Source of the DNA: an uncultured Gammaproteobacteria bacterium
GTDB taxonomy: Bacteria > Pseudomonadota > Gammaproteobacteria > CAYTUN01
Direction: 5' to 3'
Assembly: GCA_964441315.1 (NCBI GenBank)
Contig: CAYTUN010000003.1
Span: 1 to 54,872, forward strand
Length of the DNA stretch: 54,872 nucleotides
Part shown: piece after piece, positions 19,343 to 28,789 of the stretch
How positions within the stretch are numbered: the stretch's first letter is position 1
Layout of the letters: the number at the start of each line of letters is the position of its first letter
The notes under the pieces: generated by a model
Database searches by the model: none
Seen by the model: only the letters and a program-made list of their open reading frames with translations
Told to the model about the DNA's origin: nothing
Position numbers and translations under genes: made by a program

Positions 19343-19408
19343 TATAACCCAAAACGGATAGGTTTTGAGTGTTATTGCATCCGATTGACGTGCTTCGCTC
19401 GCAATGAC
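19343..19408. repeat. Chimeric remnant: family D MITE arm fused to family B REP end
   Basis: TATAACCCAAAACGGATAGGTTTT..TTGCATCCGATTGACG joined to GCTTCGCTCGCAATGAC. Confidence 0.75.
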
Positions 19409-19457
19409 AATGTGTTTTACGTTATAATAATTAGATTAAAATAAACTAAAAATCACT

Positions 19458-19529
19458 ATGAAAAAATTTACATATTTAGTAGTTTTAGCAGCCGTATTAA
19501 CTACCACTTCAACATTAGCTTTTAATTAA
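19458..19529 (+). pseudogene. Orphan signal-peptide-like 23-aa ORF
   Basis: MKKFTYLVVLAAVLTTTSTLAFN* translated by hand. Confidence 0.5.
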
Positions 19530-19541
19530 TTACAGCCTATC

Positions 19542-20138
19542 ATGAACATTGAAAAATCCATTGATTTTAGCTTTAAAAAATCTGATGCATTGCTGATCGT
19601 TGATCCGCAATTGGATTTTATGCCAGGTGGCGCATTAGCTGTGACTGATGGCGACAGGATAATTTCGGTAGTAAATACGTTAATCGATTTAGCTCAAGCG
19701 CATAAAATTCCCATTATCATTTCACGCGATTGGCACCCCAAAAATCATTGCAGTTTCAAACCACAAGGCGGTCCTTGGCCAGTACATTGTGTGCAGTTTA
19801 GCCAGGGTGCGGAATTTCATCCTGACATTAATGTTCCATGTGAAGCACTGATCATTAGTAAAGGCTTTGACCCTGCAAAAGAAGCTTATTCTGCTTTTGA
19901 AGGTCAATCGCAGGAAGGGGAAAAATTAGTTGATTATTTAAATCAACGCAAAATTAAACGCGTGGTTGTTGTGGGCTTAGCGTTAGATTATTGCGTTTAT
20001 CACACAGCAACAGATGCTTTGAAAAATGGCTTTGAAGTTTTTATTGTTAAAGAAGCGACACGAGCAATTGATGATTCAGCTGCGCTGAATAAAATTCGGG
20101 AATTGGAGTTTAGTTATACTCAAAACGTATCGGTTTGA
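19542..20138 (+). CDS. pncA: Nicotinamidase/pyrazinamidase
   Basis: VDPQLDFMPGGALAV, RDWHP, WPVHCVQ, GLALDYCV. Confidence 0.95.
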   Translation: MNIEKSIDFSFKKSDALLIVDPQLDFMPGGALAVTDGDRIISVVNTLIDLAQAHKIPIIISRDWHPKNHCSFKPQGGPWPVHCVQFSQGAEFHPDINVPCEALIISKGFDPAKEAYSAFEGQSQEGEKLVDYLNQRKIKRVVVVGLALDYCVYHTATDALKNGFEVFIVKEATRAIDDSAALNKIRELEFSYTQNVSV

Positions 20139-20169
20139 GTATAGTTTTTTGAGAAATTGGATTTTTATA

Positions 20170-20354
20170 TCACCCCTCATCCGCCCCGTTGGGGCACCTT
20201 CTCCCACAAGGGGAGAAGGGCAACTTCGGTGACATCTGCTAATAAGACAAAATTTATTGCCATGAAATACCTTATTTTGAAAAGCTATTGATCTTTGAAG
20301 AGGGCCTTCTCCCCTTGTGGGAGAAGGTGCCCCAACGGGGCGGATGAGGGGTGA
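20170..20354. repeat. Family A REPIN-like element, complete (spacer in reverse orientation)
   Basis: TCACCCCTCATCCGCCCCGTTGGGGCACCTTCTCCCACAAGGGGAGAAGG arms in inverted orientation around a conserved spacer. Confidence 0.92.
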
Positions 20355-20483
20355 AGTTGATGAGTAAAAATATCGCTGGAAAATTTTTATCTTCTTCAAA
20401 ATTTATTTCACTCAAAAATAAATTGTTATTTTTTATTTATCATTGCTTTTTTTACTGCAAAAAACGATGATAAACAGGCCCCA

Positions 20484-22277
20484 TTACCTTCCCCGCAAAA
20501 ACCATTTATCTAACTCATCCATATCAATTTGCCGCCAGGCAGGTCGCCCATGATTGCATTGGCCGTTGTGAGGCGTGGACTCAATTTCACGCAATAAGGC
20601 GTTCATTTCCATTAAACTCAATCGATGGTTGGCATGAACAGCAGCGCGACAGGCAACGGTAGCAAGCAGTTTTTCGGCGTAATTTTTTAAAGATTCGATA
20701 TTTTTTTCTTGTTTAATCTCTTGAATAATTTCAGAAATGATACCTTCAGCATCATGAGGTTTTATTAAAATAGGTACTTGACGAACAACCAGGTTTTTTT
20801 CGCCGATGCGTTCGATTTGAAAGCCGATTTGGCTGAATAAATCCGGAATGCTTTCAACTAAGGCGGCTTCTTCGGCGGTGGCAGAAATTGTTAGCGGAAT
20901 TAATAAATTTTGTGCAGCGATTTTTTCATTATCAAATTGTTTTTTTAATTTTTCATATAAAATTCTTTCATGCGCCGCATGCATATCAATAATAACCAAA
21001 CCTTGTTTATTTTGCGCCAAAATATAAATTTGATGTAACTGCCCGATAGCATGCCCCAGTGGATAATCCACTTCTTTCACTTTATTTACTACCACAGCAG
21101 CCGCCGGTTGCTGAATTTCCGTTCTTATACCTGAATCAAGCGAAGCTTGATTTGAGGCTTTATTGATTTCATATATACCTAATTGCTCACGAATTTGTAA
21201 TTGCGTCGGTTGATGCTGAGCATAAATTTTTTGCGGAACTTCCATGGGAATTTTTCTTTTTTCAATTGCGGTTTCAGTTTCGGTGTGCGCTAAAGTTTCA
21301 TGTAACACTTTGACAATAAAATCATAAATAATGCGCGGATCAGCAAAACGCACTTCTTGTTTGGTCGGATGAACATTGACATCCACTTGTGCTGGATCAA
21401 TCGTTAAAAATAATAAATACGCTGGCTGCCGTTTGCTATACAGACTATCACCATAGGCTTTGCGCACGGCGCTGGCGATTATTTTATCTTTGATGGGGCG
21501 TTGATTAAGGAAAATATATTGTAAATCCGCTTGCGTACGCGTGTAATGCGGCGAGGCAACCCAGCCATGCAGTGAAATACTGCTGGCTTCATATTCGACA
21601 CAAAAAGCTTGTTTGATAAATGCTTCGCCCAATAATTCAACCAAACGTTGTTCTTGTTGTACGCGATTTTTAGCTGGGGCTAAAAATAACAGTTCTTTTT
21701 CGTTGTGAAATAAACGAAAAGCCACTTCAAAATTAGCTAACGCTGATTGGCGGAAAACTTCGTAGATATGATTAAATTCGCTTTTTTCGGTGCGTAAAAA
21801 TTTTTTACGCACCGGTGTGTTATAAAATAAATCGGCAACGCTTACTGTCGTGCCAAAAGGATGCGCCACTGGCACAAGTTCCGTATTTGCTGAATTTCCT
21901 TCAGCTTTTATTTGCCAGGCATAAGGCGAATTGGGTGTGCGGCTGGCAATGCTGACGCGCGCCACTGATGCCATGCTGGCAAGCGCTTCGCCGCGAAAAC
22001 CTAAGGTTTGAATTTTTTCTAAATCTTCCAGGCTGCGAATTTTACTGGTGGCATGGCGCATTAATGCTTGTGGTAAATCTTCTTGCGCGATGCCATAGCC
22101 ATTATCGCGTACTTCAATTAATTCAAATCCGGATTTTTTAATATGAATTTCAATTTCTTTGGCGCCGGCATCTAATGCATTTTCTAATAATTCTTTTAGT
22201 ACGGAAGCTGGGCGCTCGATCACTTCACCGGCAGCAATTTGATTGATTAATTTAGAGTCGAGGATGGCGATGTGCAT
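20484..22277 (-). CDS. mutL: DNA mismatch repair endonuclease MutL
   Basis: NQIAAGEVIERP, GFRGEALAS, DVNVHPTK, DMHAAHERILYE, ACR, CNHGRP. Confidence 0.98.
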   Translation of the reverse strand: MHIAILDSKLINQIAAGEVIERPASVLKELLENALDAGAKEIEIHIKKSGFELIEVRDNGYGIAQEDLPQALMRHATSKIRSLEDLEKIQTLGFRGEALASMASVARVSIASRTPNSPYAWQIKAEGNSANTELVPVAHPFGTTVSVADLFYNTPVRKKFLRTEKSEFNHIYEVFRQSALANFEVAFRLFHNEKELLFLAPAKNRVQQEQRLVELLGEAFIKQAFCVEYEASSISLHGWVASPHYTRTQADLQYIFLNQRPIKDKIIASAVRKAYGDSLYSKRQPAYLLFLTIDPAQVDVNVHPTKQEVRFADPRIIYDFIVKVLHETLAHTETETAIEKRKIPMEVPQKIYAQHQPTQLQIREQLGIYEINKASNQASLDSGIRTEIQQPAAAVVVNKVKEVDYPLGHAIGQLHQIYILAQNKQGLVIIDMHAAHERILYEKLKKQFDNEKIAAQNLLIPLTISATAEEAALVESIPDLFSQIGFQIERIGEKNLVVRQVPILIKPHDAEGIISEIIQEIKQEKNIESLKNYAEKLLATVACRAAVHANHRLSLMEMNALLREIESTPHNGQCNHGRPAWRQIDMDELDKWFLRGR

Positions 22278-22397
22278 AATATTTTTTCTTCGAAAAAATC
22301 AAAGTGGGGGTGGGGTTTCGTAGTGGGCGGTGGCTGGGGTGCTTTTACGAAACTTTATTTTGATTATAGCCATTTTTGATAATTAGGCATGTAAATT

Positions 22398-23963
22398 CTA
22401 CATGTCTGCAATCGTTGGATAGCTCGAATTTACATAGGCAGCGCTAGGAATTTTTATTGTGTCGCCAACTTTTAATATTGGCGAACGCAACTGATTGTAT
22501 TTCAATAAATCATTTGCGCTCACGTGATAGCGTTCCGCCAGGAGCGCTAGCGTATCGCCCTTTTGTACGCGGTAATGGATGTTGTCGCCTTTTTGCTGCG
22601 CTAGCCAGGTGCCGCGGGGTGGATTGCGTAGAAAATAACTTTTGATGCCGCGGGTAATCGATTGGGCGATCATCTGTTGGTATTGGGGATTGGTTAATTG
22701 CTGTTCTTCGCGTGGATTGGAAATATAGCCGGTTTCGACTAATACCGAAGGGATATCGGGAGATTTCAATACCACGAAAGCGGCTTGTTCCACACGGGAA
22801 TGATGCAGTGCGGTAAATTGTCCGATTTGTTGTAGTAAAGCGCTGCCAATTTGCAGGCTGACGGCAATCGTGTGATTTTGTGAGAGGTCAATTAATACCG
22901 AACGCAATAAACGGTCATTGTCTGGCAAATCGCCGCCGCCTAATAATTCAGAATGGTTTTCCTGTTCGGCTAACCAGCGCGCTGCTTCACTGGTGGCGCC
23001 TCTTTCGGACAAGGCGTAAACCGAAGCGCCATAAGCACTCGTATCATTGAAAGCATCGGCATGGATCGAAACAAACATATCGCCTTTATCACGGCGCGCG
23101 ATATCCAAGCGCTGGCGTAAAGGTATGTAATAATCCTGGCTTCGTGTCATCACTGCTTTAAAACCTGGCTCATTATTTAAGTCTCTGGCCAAATAACGCG
23201 CAATCGCTAACACCACATTTTTTTCATGATAGCCACGCGGCCCTGAAGCGCCTGGATCTTTGCCGCCATGGCCGGGGTCGATAACGATGATGATATTGCG
23301 GCTATTGCGCGGCATATTTTTGACCGCAGCAGCTTGTGTCACAACCGGCGCTAATGGCGCCGGTTTAGAAGGTGTCGTTGCTACCCAGCTAGCGGTTGGG
23401 GCGATAGCGGGTTTTGCTTGGGTTTTTGAATTAGTGGTTTTAGCTAAGATGGGCTTGTTGGCGGGTGGGGTTTTAGGGACATAAGTTGGCGTTGGCATCA
23501 TTGGCAGCTGAGCAGGCGCGTTCGCGGCTGCTGCGACTGTGGGCTTTGCAGCCGAAGACTGTGCATTTTTCGGCTGCACCTCTACCACGAGACGGTAGCC
23601 TTCGGCCCCTTCTGGGCCGAAGGTGTAGGCGTTGTATTTCACTGGCACGGTCAGATCGAATACTAAACGATAAGTATTTTTATTAAATTGCGAACTGCGC
23701 GCTGATTTAATCAGTGACTGATCAAACTTTAAATCGCTTAAATTTTTTTGCGATTTTGCATTATTAATATCGACCACTAATCGATTGGGATTTGGCAGTG
23801 AAAAAACTTTGGAATGTGTCGGGCCAGAAAAATAGAAAGTATAGCGTTCAATACCATTTTCATTGGTTTGCTGAATATTACTAATGAGAACATCCGCCGC
23901 AAAAGAGGGCGTTAGTATAAAGAAAAATACGAGGTAATAAAAAAATTGGCGTAGCGGCTGCAT
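22398..23963 (-). CDS. amiB: N-acetylmuramoyl-L-alanine amidase (AMIN, Pro/Ala linker, Amidase_3, LysM)
   Basis: PNRLVVD, IDPGHGGKDPGA, FVSIHAD, PSVLVETGYISN, YRVQKGDTL; tsaE-amiB-mutL synteny. Confidence 0.93.
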   Translation of the reverse strand: MQPLRQFFYYLVFFFILTPSFAADVLISNIQQTNENGIERYTFYFSGPTHSKVFSLPNPNRLVVDINNAKSQKNLSDLKFDQSLIKSARSSQFNKNTYRLVFDLTVPVKYNAYTFGPEGAEGYRLVVEVQPKNAQSSAAKPTVAAAANAPAQLPMMPTPTYVPKTPPANKPILAKTTNSKTQAKPAIAPTASWVATTPSKPAPLAPVVTQAAAVKNMPRNSRNIIIVIDPGHGGKDPGASGPRGYHEKNVVLAIARYLARDLNNEPGFKAVMTRSQDYYIPLRQRLDIARRDKGDMFVSIHADAFNDTSAYGASVYALSERGATSEAARWLAEQENHSELLGGGDLPDNDRLLRSVLIDLSQNHTIAVSLQIGSALLQQIGQFTALHHSRVEQAAFVVLKSPDIPSVLVETGYISNPREEQQLTNPQYQQMIAQSITRGIKSYFLRNPPRGTWLAQQKGDNIHYRVQKGDTLALLAERYHVSANDLLKYNQLRSPILKVGDTIKIPSAAYVNSSYPTIADM

Positions 23964-23967
23964 GACA

Positions 23968-24435
23968 TTAATCCGGATTCCATTCCTTTAAAAAATTTTC
24001 TCCTGCCTTTGTTTCGGCGCTGATGGTAATTTCGCGGTGATGATTTTTCATTTTAAATGCCAATATTAAATCTGCTGGCGGCAGCGCGCTCGCTCCAAGG
24101 CGCGGCCATTCTATCAAATAAATCGTTTGCTGGCTAAAGTAATCGGCAAGGCCTAAATGCCGGATTTCTTCGGGGCTGTTGATGCGGTAGCAATCGAGGT
24201 GGATGATTTGATAAGGATTTACTTCGTAAATTTCAATTAGGCTGAAGGTGGGGCTTTTAACACTGCCCTCGTGGCCGAGGGCAGCTAAGAGTCCCCGGAC
24301 CCAGGTGGTTTTGCCGAGGCCGAGGTCGCCTTCCAGGTAAATGCAAGATAGGCCCTGCAAATGCGGGGCGAAGCTGGCGGCGAGTTGTTGGCATTCGGTT
24401 TCGGTTTTAATGTGTTGGATGAGTTTGTGAAACAT
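23968..24435 (-). CDS. tsaE: tRNA threonylcarbamoyladenosine biosynthesis ATPase
   Basis: GDLGLGKTT, VKSPTF, HLDCYRI, IEWP. Confidence 0.96.
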   Translation of the reverse strand: MFHKLIQHIKTETECQQLAASFAPHLQGLSCIYLEGDLGLGKTTWVRGLLAALGHEGSVKSPTFSLIEIYEVNPYQIIHLDCYRINSPEEIRHLGLADYFSQQTIYLIEWPRLGASALPPADLILAFKMKNHHREITISAETKAGENFLKEWNPD

Positions 24436-24462
24436 AATATTTTAATTGTTAAAAGTTACGGC

Positions 24463-24496
24463 TATGCCCATCACACCTAAAGATGCGATGGGTATA
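24463..24496. terminator. Imperfect hairpin after the ATPase gene (terminator or MITE remnant)
   Basis: TATGCCCATCACACC-TAAA-GATGCGATGGGTATA. Confidence 0.35.
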
Positions 24497-24512
24497 TACC
24501 TTATTAATCGAC

Positions 24513-25988
24513 TTATGCAATTTTGAAAAATTCATCTAATTCAATCACGTGCTCAACCAGCTGTTGGTAATATTTATTATTTTTGACTCCTGCTGCCGAA
24601 ATGAATGCCAATTCTATCTTTTTTTGTGTGCGCGTCTGCTGTTTGTATATTTCCATCTTTTTATTTAAAACTTCAAAATATTGCTTATCGATTGCAAAAA
24701 GTTCATCGGTGTATTTAATTTCGCAAACGGTACAAATTCCATCGGGGCGATCAAATAATAGATCAATTTGAGCGCCTTGCTGAAGGGCTTGCCGGGGAGC
24801 ATAACGCCATGAGCCAATCATCGCCCCTGCTTCAATTCCTAAAGCTTTTCTTATTTCACCTAAATGTTTATAGCAAGTCGCTTCAAATGCATAACCTCGC
24901 CAATGGTAATATTCCGGCGTTCCCCGTTTGCTTGACCAATATAAGTTTTGGTTTTCTTGCAAACTTAAGCCGGTTTTAGCAGGTCTTATCCATTTCAAAT
25001 AAAAGAGGCAATACTCGTCAATCACACGATAGTAAAGGCCTTGCCGTTTATGACCTAATGGCATAAAGGCTTTAATAAATCCTGCGTCTTCTAAATCTCT
25101 TAACCGCTCGGTCAAAGTACCGCCTTTTGACAAATATTGGCTCCTTTTTTCAATGTAAGCACGGTCGACGCCTTCTCTTTTCTCGGCAATAATGTAAATT
25201 AATTCTTTATAAACTGCTGCTTGCTCAAATAGTGAATTAAATAATTTATCAAATTCATCAAACAATATCCCATCAGGTTGGAAACACATCTGATTAATCA
25301 GCTGAGTGATCGATTTTCCTCTTTTGACATGCGTCAGATAAAAAGGAACTCCGCCGCAAAACATATATAATTCGATTAGTTGTTTATGGGTAAACTGGAT
25401 GTGATGTTTTTTTAAAAAAAACTCTTTTGTTTCGGATAGATTAAAAGGCTTCAAAATGATGGTTTTGGTCTGTCTGTTATGGAGCCCGCCTTTACTGTAA
25501 ATAATTTTACGTATCATCCACGAAGCACTAGAGCCGCAAATTACTAACTTAATGCGCGAATCATTTTTCCAATACCGGTTCCAATAGTAATCCAATGCTT
25601 GCAATAAGCGAGACTTTTTCGTCGCCATCCAGGGTAATTCATCAAAAAATAAGACGATTTTTTTTGATTGCTGTGTAGCGTTAATGGCTTTGGATAATTC
25701 TTCAAAAGCTTGCATCCATGAACCGGATGTCGCAATGGATGCGCCTTGATAAAAAGTTCTCCCGATGGCTTTAGCGAATTCGCCTAATTGTTCTGTTAAT
25801 GCACCATCTTGTACGCCGGTGACATGAAAAAAATAACCATTTTTCGTTTTAAATAATTCTTCAATTAAAAAGGTTTTTCCGATGCGTCTTCTGCCGTAAA
25901 CTACGACAAATTCCGCTTTTCGAGACTGATAAATTTCTAAAAGTTCAGAGCGCTCTTTGGAGCGTCCGGCAATAGATAGTTTGGGCAT
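24513..25988 (-). CDS. Archaeal-ATPase-like P-loop ATPase with C-terminal PD-(D/E)XK nuclease-like (DUF234-type) domain
   Basis: IAGRSKE, YGRRRIGKT (Walker A), FFDELPW (Walker B), ICGS, GGVPFYL, QIDLL..VCEIK. Confidence 0.88.
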   Translation of the reverse strand: MPKLSIAGRSKERSELLEIYQSRKAEFVVVYGRRRIGKTFLIEELFKTKNGYFFHVTGVQDGALTEQLGEFAKAIGRTFYQGASIATSGSWMQAFEELSKAINATQQSKKIVLFFDELPWMATKKSRLLQALDYYWNRYWKNDSRIKLVICGSSASWMIRKIIYSKGGLHNRQTKTIILKPFNLSETKEFFLKKHHIQFTHKQLIELYMFCGGVPFYLTHVKRGKSITQLINQMCFQPDGILFDEFDKLFNSLFEQAAVYKELIYIIAEKREGVDRAYIEKRSQYLSKGGTLTERLRDLEDAGFIKAFMPLGHKRQGLYYRVIDEYCLFYLKWIRPAKTGLSLQENQNLYWSSKRGTPEYYHWRGYAFEATCYKHLGEIRKALGIEAGAMIGSWRYAPRQALQQGAQIDLLFDRPDGICTVCEIKYTDELFAIDKQYFEVLNKKMEIYKQQTRTQKKIELAFISAAGVKNNKYYQQLVEHVIELDEFFKIA

Positions 25989-26003
25989 AAAAGGCGGCTG
26001 TTT

Positions 26004-26099
26004 TAGTGGGCTACTTATAATAATATTATAGATAGCCCACTATCACAACTGCTTATAGATTAGTGGGCTGAGTAGAACAGGTTTTAAGATAGCCCACTA
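26004..26099. promoter_or_regulatory. Tandem operator-like array, 2 x [TAGTGGGCT(A/G)-N19-TAGCCCACTA]
   Basis: Half-sites at 26004, 26033, 26061 and 26090; identical 19-nt spacer length, 57-bp period. Confidence 0.7.
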
Positions 26100-27568
26100 G
26101 TGAAATTAATTAACCCTGAAAAAAATACAAATAAATCTGTCGCCAGCATGCCTCGTTCGCCCCGATCTTTTGCAACTTGATCAGCAGCCAATGCATGCGC
26201 TAATACCGCAAGCTGGGCAGCATCAAAAAGATCAAATCCCTGCGCCAAAAGGCCCCCAATCATACCGGACAAAACATCCCCCATGCCAGCAGTAGCCATG
26301 CCGGGGTTGCCATATGGGCAAAGTAAATGTTTATTGCCATTACTCGTCCATGTGCCAGCGCCTTTTAGCACGGTGATGCCAGCGTATTTTTCAACCAGGC
26401 GACGCACGCTCGTAAAACGGTCTCGCACGATGTCCGAGCTCGTACAGCGCAATAGCCGCGCCGCCTCCCCCGGATGAGGCGTCAGCACCCAATTGCTTGA
26501 AAGCGACTTAATCGATTCCCCGCTCAACAAATTCAGCCCATCCGCATCAATCACAGTCGGCTTATCAATGGCAAGCGCCGCTTGCCATACCATTTTCGCC
26601 CAGGCATCCTGACCTAGCCCGTTACCCAACGCGATAACTGTGGCACGCTCAAGCAAAGGCGCCAAATCTGCCTTAGATTCCACCCCATACGACATAATTT
26701 CAGGCCGACGTACGCTAATCAAGGCCGCATGCCGCTCACGCGTCGCCACAGAAACCAACCCCGCCCCCATACGGATGGCCGCTTCTGCGGCCATGATGGC
26801 AGCACCTAACATGCCGTGATTGCCGGCAATCACCAGCACATGACCAAAATTGCCTTTGTGTGCCTGGCGCGGGCGTGGCTTGAAATGTGCCTGCAAATCG
26901 CTTGCTGATTGTAAATAAGCTGATGGCGTAGCTGAACTTAATAAGCTTTTATCCAGTGATAAATCACTCAATATCACTTTACCTGCATATTCCCTGCCCG
27001 CATTTTGAAACAGGCCGGGTTTTAAGCCAATAAAACAAATCGTCAACTCTGCATGGACTGCCACAGGCGAAACTTCGCCATTATCTGCGTTAAGGCCTGA
27101 AGGAACATCTAGTGAAATTTTAGGTTTATCAATTTGGTTAAGCACCATAATCGCCGAGAGAAATGGCTCCCGTAATTCGCCTTGAAAACCAATACCTAAT
27201 AACGCATCCACGATAATGTCAGCCGACGCGATTTTTTGCGGATCAAAAGCGTGAAAACTTAAATGGCATTTGTGGCAATCTTCCAACGCTTTAAGCGCAG
27301 CATTTTTATAAGTCGCCTTTTCATCAATTTGAAAAATTTCTACTTGAAAGCCTTCCAGTTGCGCTAAATGCGCCAATACAAATCCATCGCCAGCATTGTT
27401 GCCTTTGCCCGCAACTACGGCGATTTTGCATGCTTTGGGATAATGTAACTTGATACATTCAAATGCTCTATGACCTGCACGTTGCATGAATTCGGTTTCG
27501 GAAATACCGGATTGAAAAGCACGTTGCTCAATTTGGCGGATTTGATGAGTGAAATAAAGTTTGTCCAT
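26084..27568 (-). CDS. nnr: Bifunctional NAD(P)H-hydrate epimerase/dehydratase
   Basis: GKGNNAGDG, VDALLGIG, DVPSG, HKGNFGH, DADGLN, LTPHPGEAARL, AGMGDVLSG. Confidence 0.96.
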   Translation of the reverse strand: MDKLYFTHQIRQIEQRAFQSGISETEFMQRAGHRAFECIKLHYPKACKIAVVAGKGNNAGDGFVLAHLAQLEGFQVEIFQIDEKATYKNAALKALEDCHKCHLSFHAFDPQKIASADIIVDALLGIGFQGELREPFLSAIMVLNQIDKPKISLDVPSGLNADNGEVSPVAVHAELTICFIGLKPGLFQNAGREYAGKVILSDLSLDKSLLSSATPSAYLQSASDLQAHFKPRPRQAHKGNFGHVLVIAGNHGMLGAAIMAAEAAIRMGAGLVSVATRERHAALISVRRPEIMSYGVESKADLAPLLERATVIALGNGLGQDAWAKMVWQAALAIDKPTVIDADGLNLLSGESIKSLSSNWVLTPHPGEAARLLRCTSSDIVRDRFTSVRRLVEKYAGITVLKGAGTWTSNGNKHLLCPYGNPGMATAGMGDVLSGMIGGLLAQGFDLFDAAQLAVLAHALAADQVAKDRGERGMLATDLFVFFSGLINFTSGLS

Positions 27569-27585
27569 AATTTAAATCTTTAAAG

Positions 27586-28782
27586 CTAACGTTTTGACAT
27601 TATATGCAAAGACGCTTCAGCAGTAATCATTTTTTTTGATTCTAATAAATCGAGAATTTCTTTTTTTAGCAAAACCACTTGTTCTGTTGGTTTTAGTGGA
27701 AAATAATTTTTTAAAATATTCGGCAAGGCAAAAGGATCATAACCATATATTTCTCCATCAATTAAATCTGATTGATTCAACATTTCATCTATTGCTTTAT
27801 GCCTCCCTTCAAAATTGAAATTCAATATAACTGAGAGCGTCTCCAAGTCGAGGTTAATGCTAGCAATATGAATGAGTTTTTCAACCAAGTGATCTAAATA
27901 ATTAATTGCTATCTCTGCATGCTCTTTGGATGCTTGATTAAGCAAATATTGTAATGGCTGTGCTGCTCCCATGCAGGTGAGGATCGATATGAAGTTAGAA
28001 CGAGGATTTAAATTATTCGATATATCCATAAATGGCGCAGCATATTCAAGACAAGGCGTAATTTGCATTTCTTTACATTTCTCAATGTAACCTTTGTCAC
28101 CTATCGCAAATTCATAAGTGAATTGATGATCAACTAGCCAATGCTCCAATTGATTGCGCTTAAAATTATAAAATACTATCCAATTAAGAGTTAAATTTTT
28201 CAATACGTCTACTGGTAGTTTTTTTAAAAAACTAATCAAATTATTTTCCGGAGTAATGTTATTTAACTTTTTACGAATCTTTTTAGACAAATAACAAATT
28301 AATTCAACAAATAAGGCTGTCATTCCCGTCAAGGATTTGTCCAGGGCCATTTCAAATATAAGGGGCGCGCGAGTATCATCAACAATATTATTTGCCAAGC
28401 GTTGACTAATAACAACTAACTCGGGGTAATGTTCCATGCAATAAAGAAATGCTACAAAGTTAAAGTGTGTCAATAAAAAAGCCAATTCAAATAATTTGCT
28501 AATTTCCGGATTGGACTGAAGCTTTTGAAAAACATCAATTAAGCTTTGTGATAATTTGCCAGTTTTTAATCTCGCATAGAACTGATGGCTTAAAGCAACC
28601 GGAGAGCTTTTAAAAAAAGAAGACCAGCTACGATTTATCAAAGAAAAATTTATCAACTCTTCTATTTCACAATAAGGCAATATGCCTTGAATAATAAAAG
28701 GGATTTTGTCTGGATCTTGAAATAGATTTATTACCGATAGAGGCCCAAACTTTAATTTATCGCCACTGCTTTCTTCTTCCAT
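27586..28782 (-). CDS. Hypothetical protein with N-terminal F-box-like motif (candidate effector)
   Basis: IPFIIQGILPYCEIEELINFSLINRSWSSFF resembles the F-box consensus; ATG at 28782 avoids overlap with the upstream gene. Confidence 0.6.
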   Translation of the reverse strand: MEEESSGDKLKFGPLSVINLFQDPDKIPFIIQGILPYCEIEELINFSLINRSWSSFFKSSPVALSHQFYARLKTGKLSQSLIDVFQKLQSNPEISKLFELAFLLTHFNFVAFLYCMEHYPELVVISQRLANNIVDDTRAPLIFEMALDKSLTGMTALFVELICYLSKKIRKKLNNITPENNLISFLKKLPVDVLKNLTLNWIVFYNFKRNQLEHWLVDHQFTYEFAIGDKGYIEKCKEMQITPCLEYAAPFMDISNNLNPRSNFISILTCMGAAQPLQYLLNQASKEHAEIAINYLDHLVEKLIHIASINLDLETLSVILNFNFEGRHKAIDEMLNQSDLIDGEIYGYDPFALPNILKNYFPLKPTEQVVLLKKEILDLLESKKMITAEASLHIMSKR

Positions 28783-28789
28783 GTTTTTC

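Noticed and set aside
20076..20399. Similar small ORFs at 20076, 38560 and 47861 (PLIRPVGAPSPTRGEG) looking like a protein family
   Set aside because: They are translations of family A repeat arms, with no consistent start or stop.
26004..26099. Mini CRISPR array
   Set aside because: Repeats are 10 bp and alternate in orientation; no cas genes in the window.
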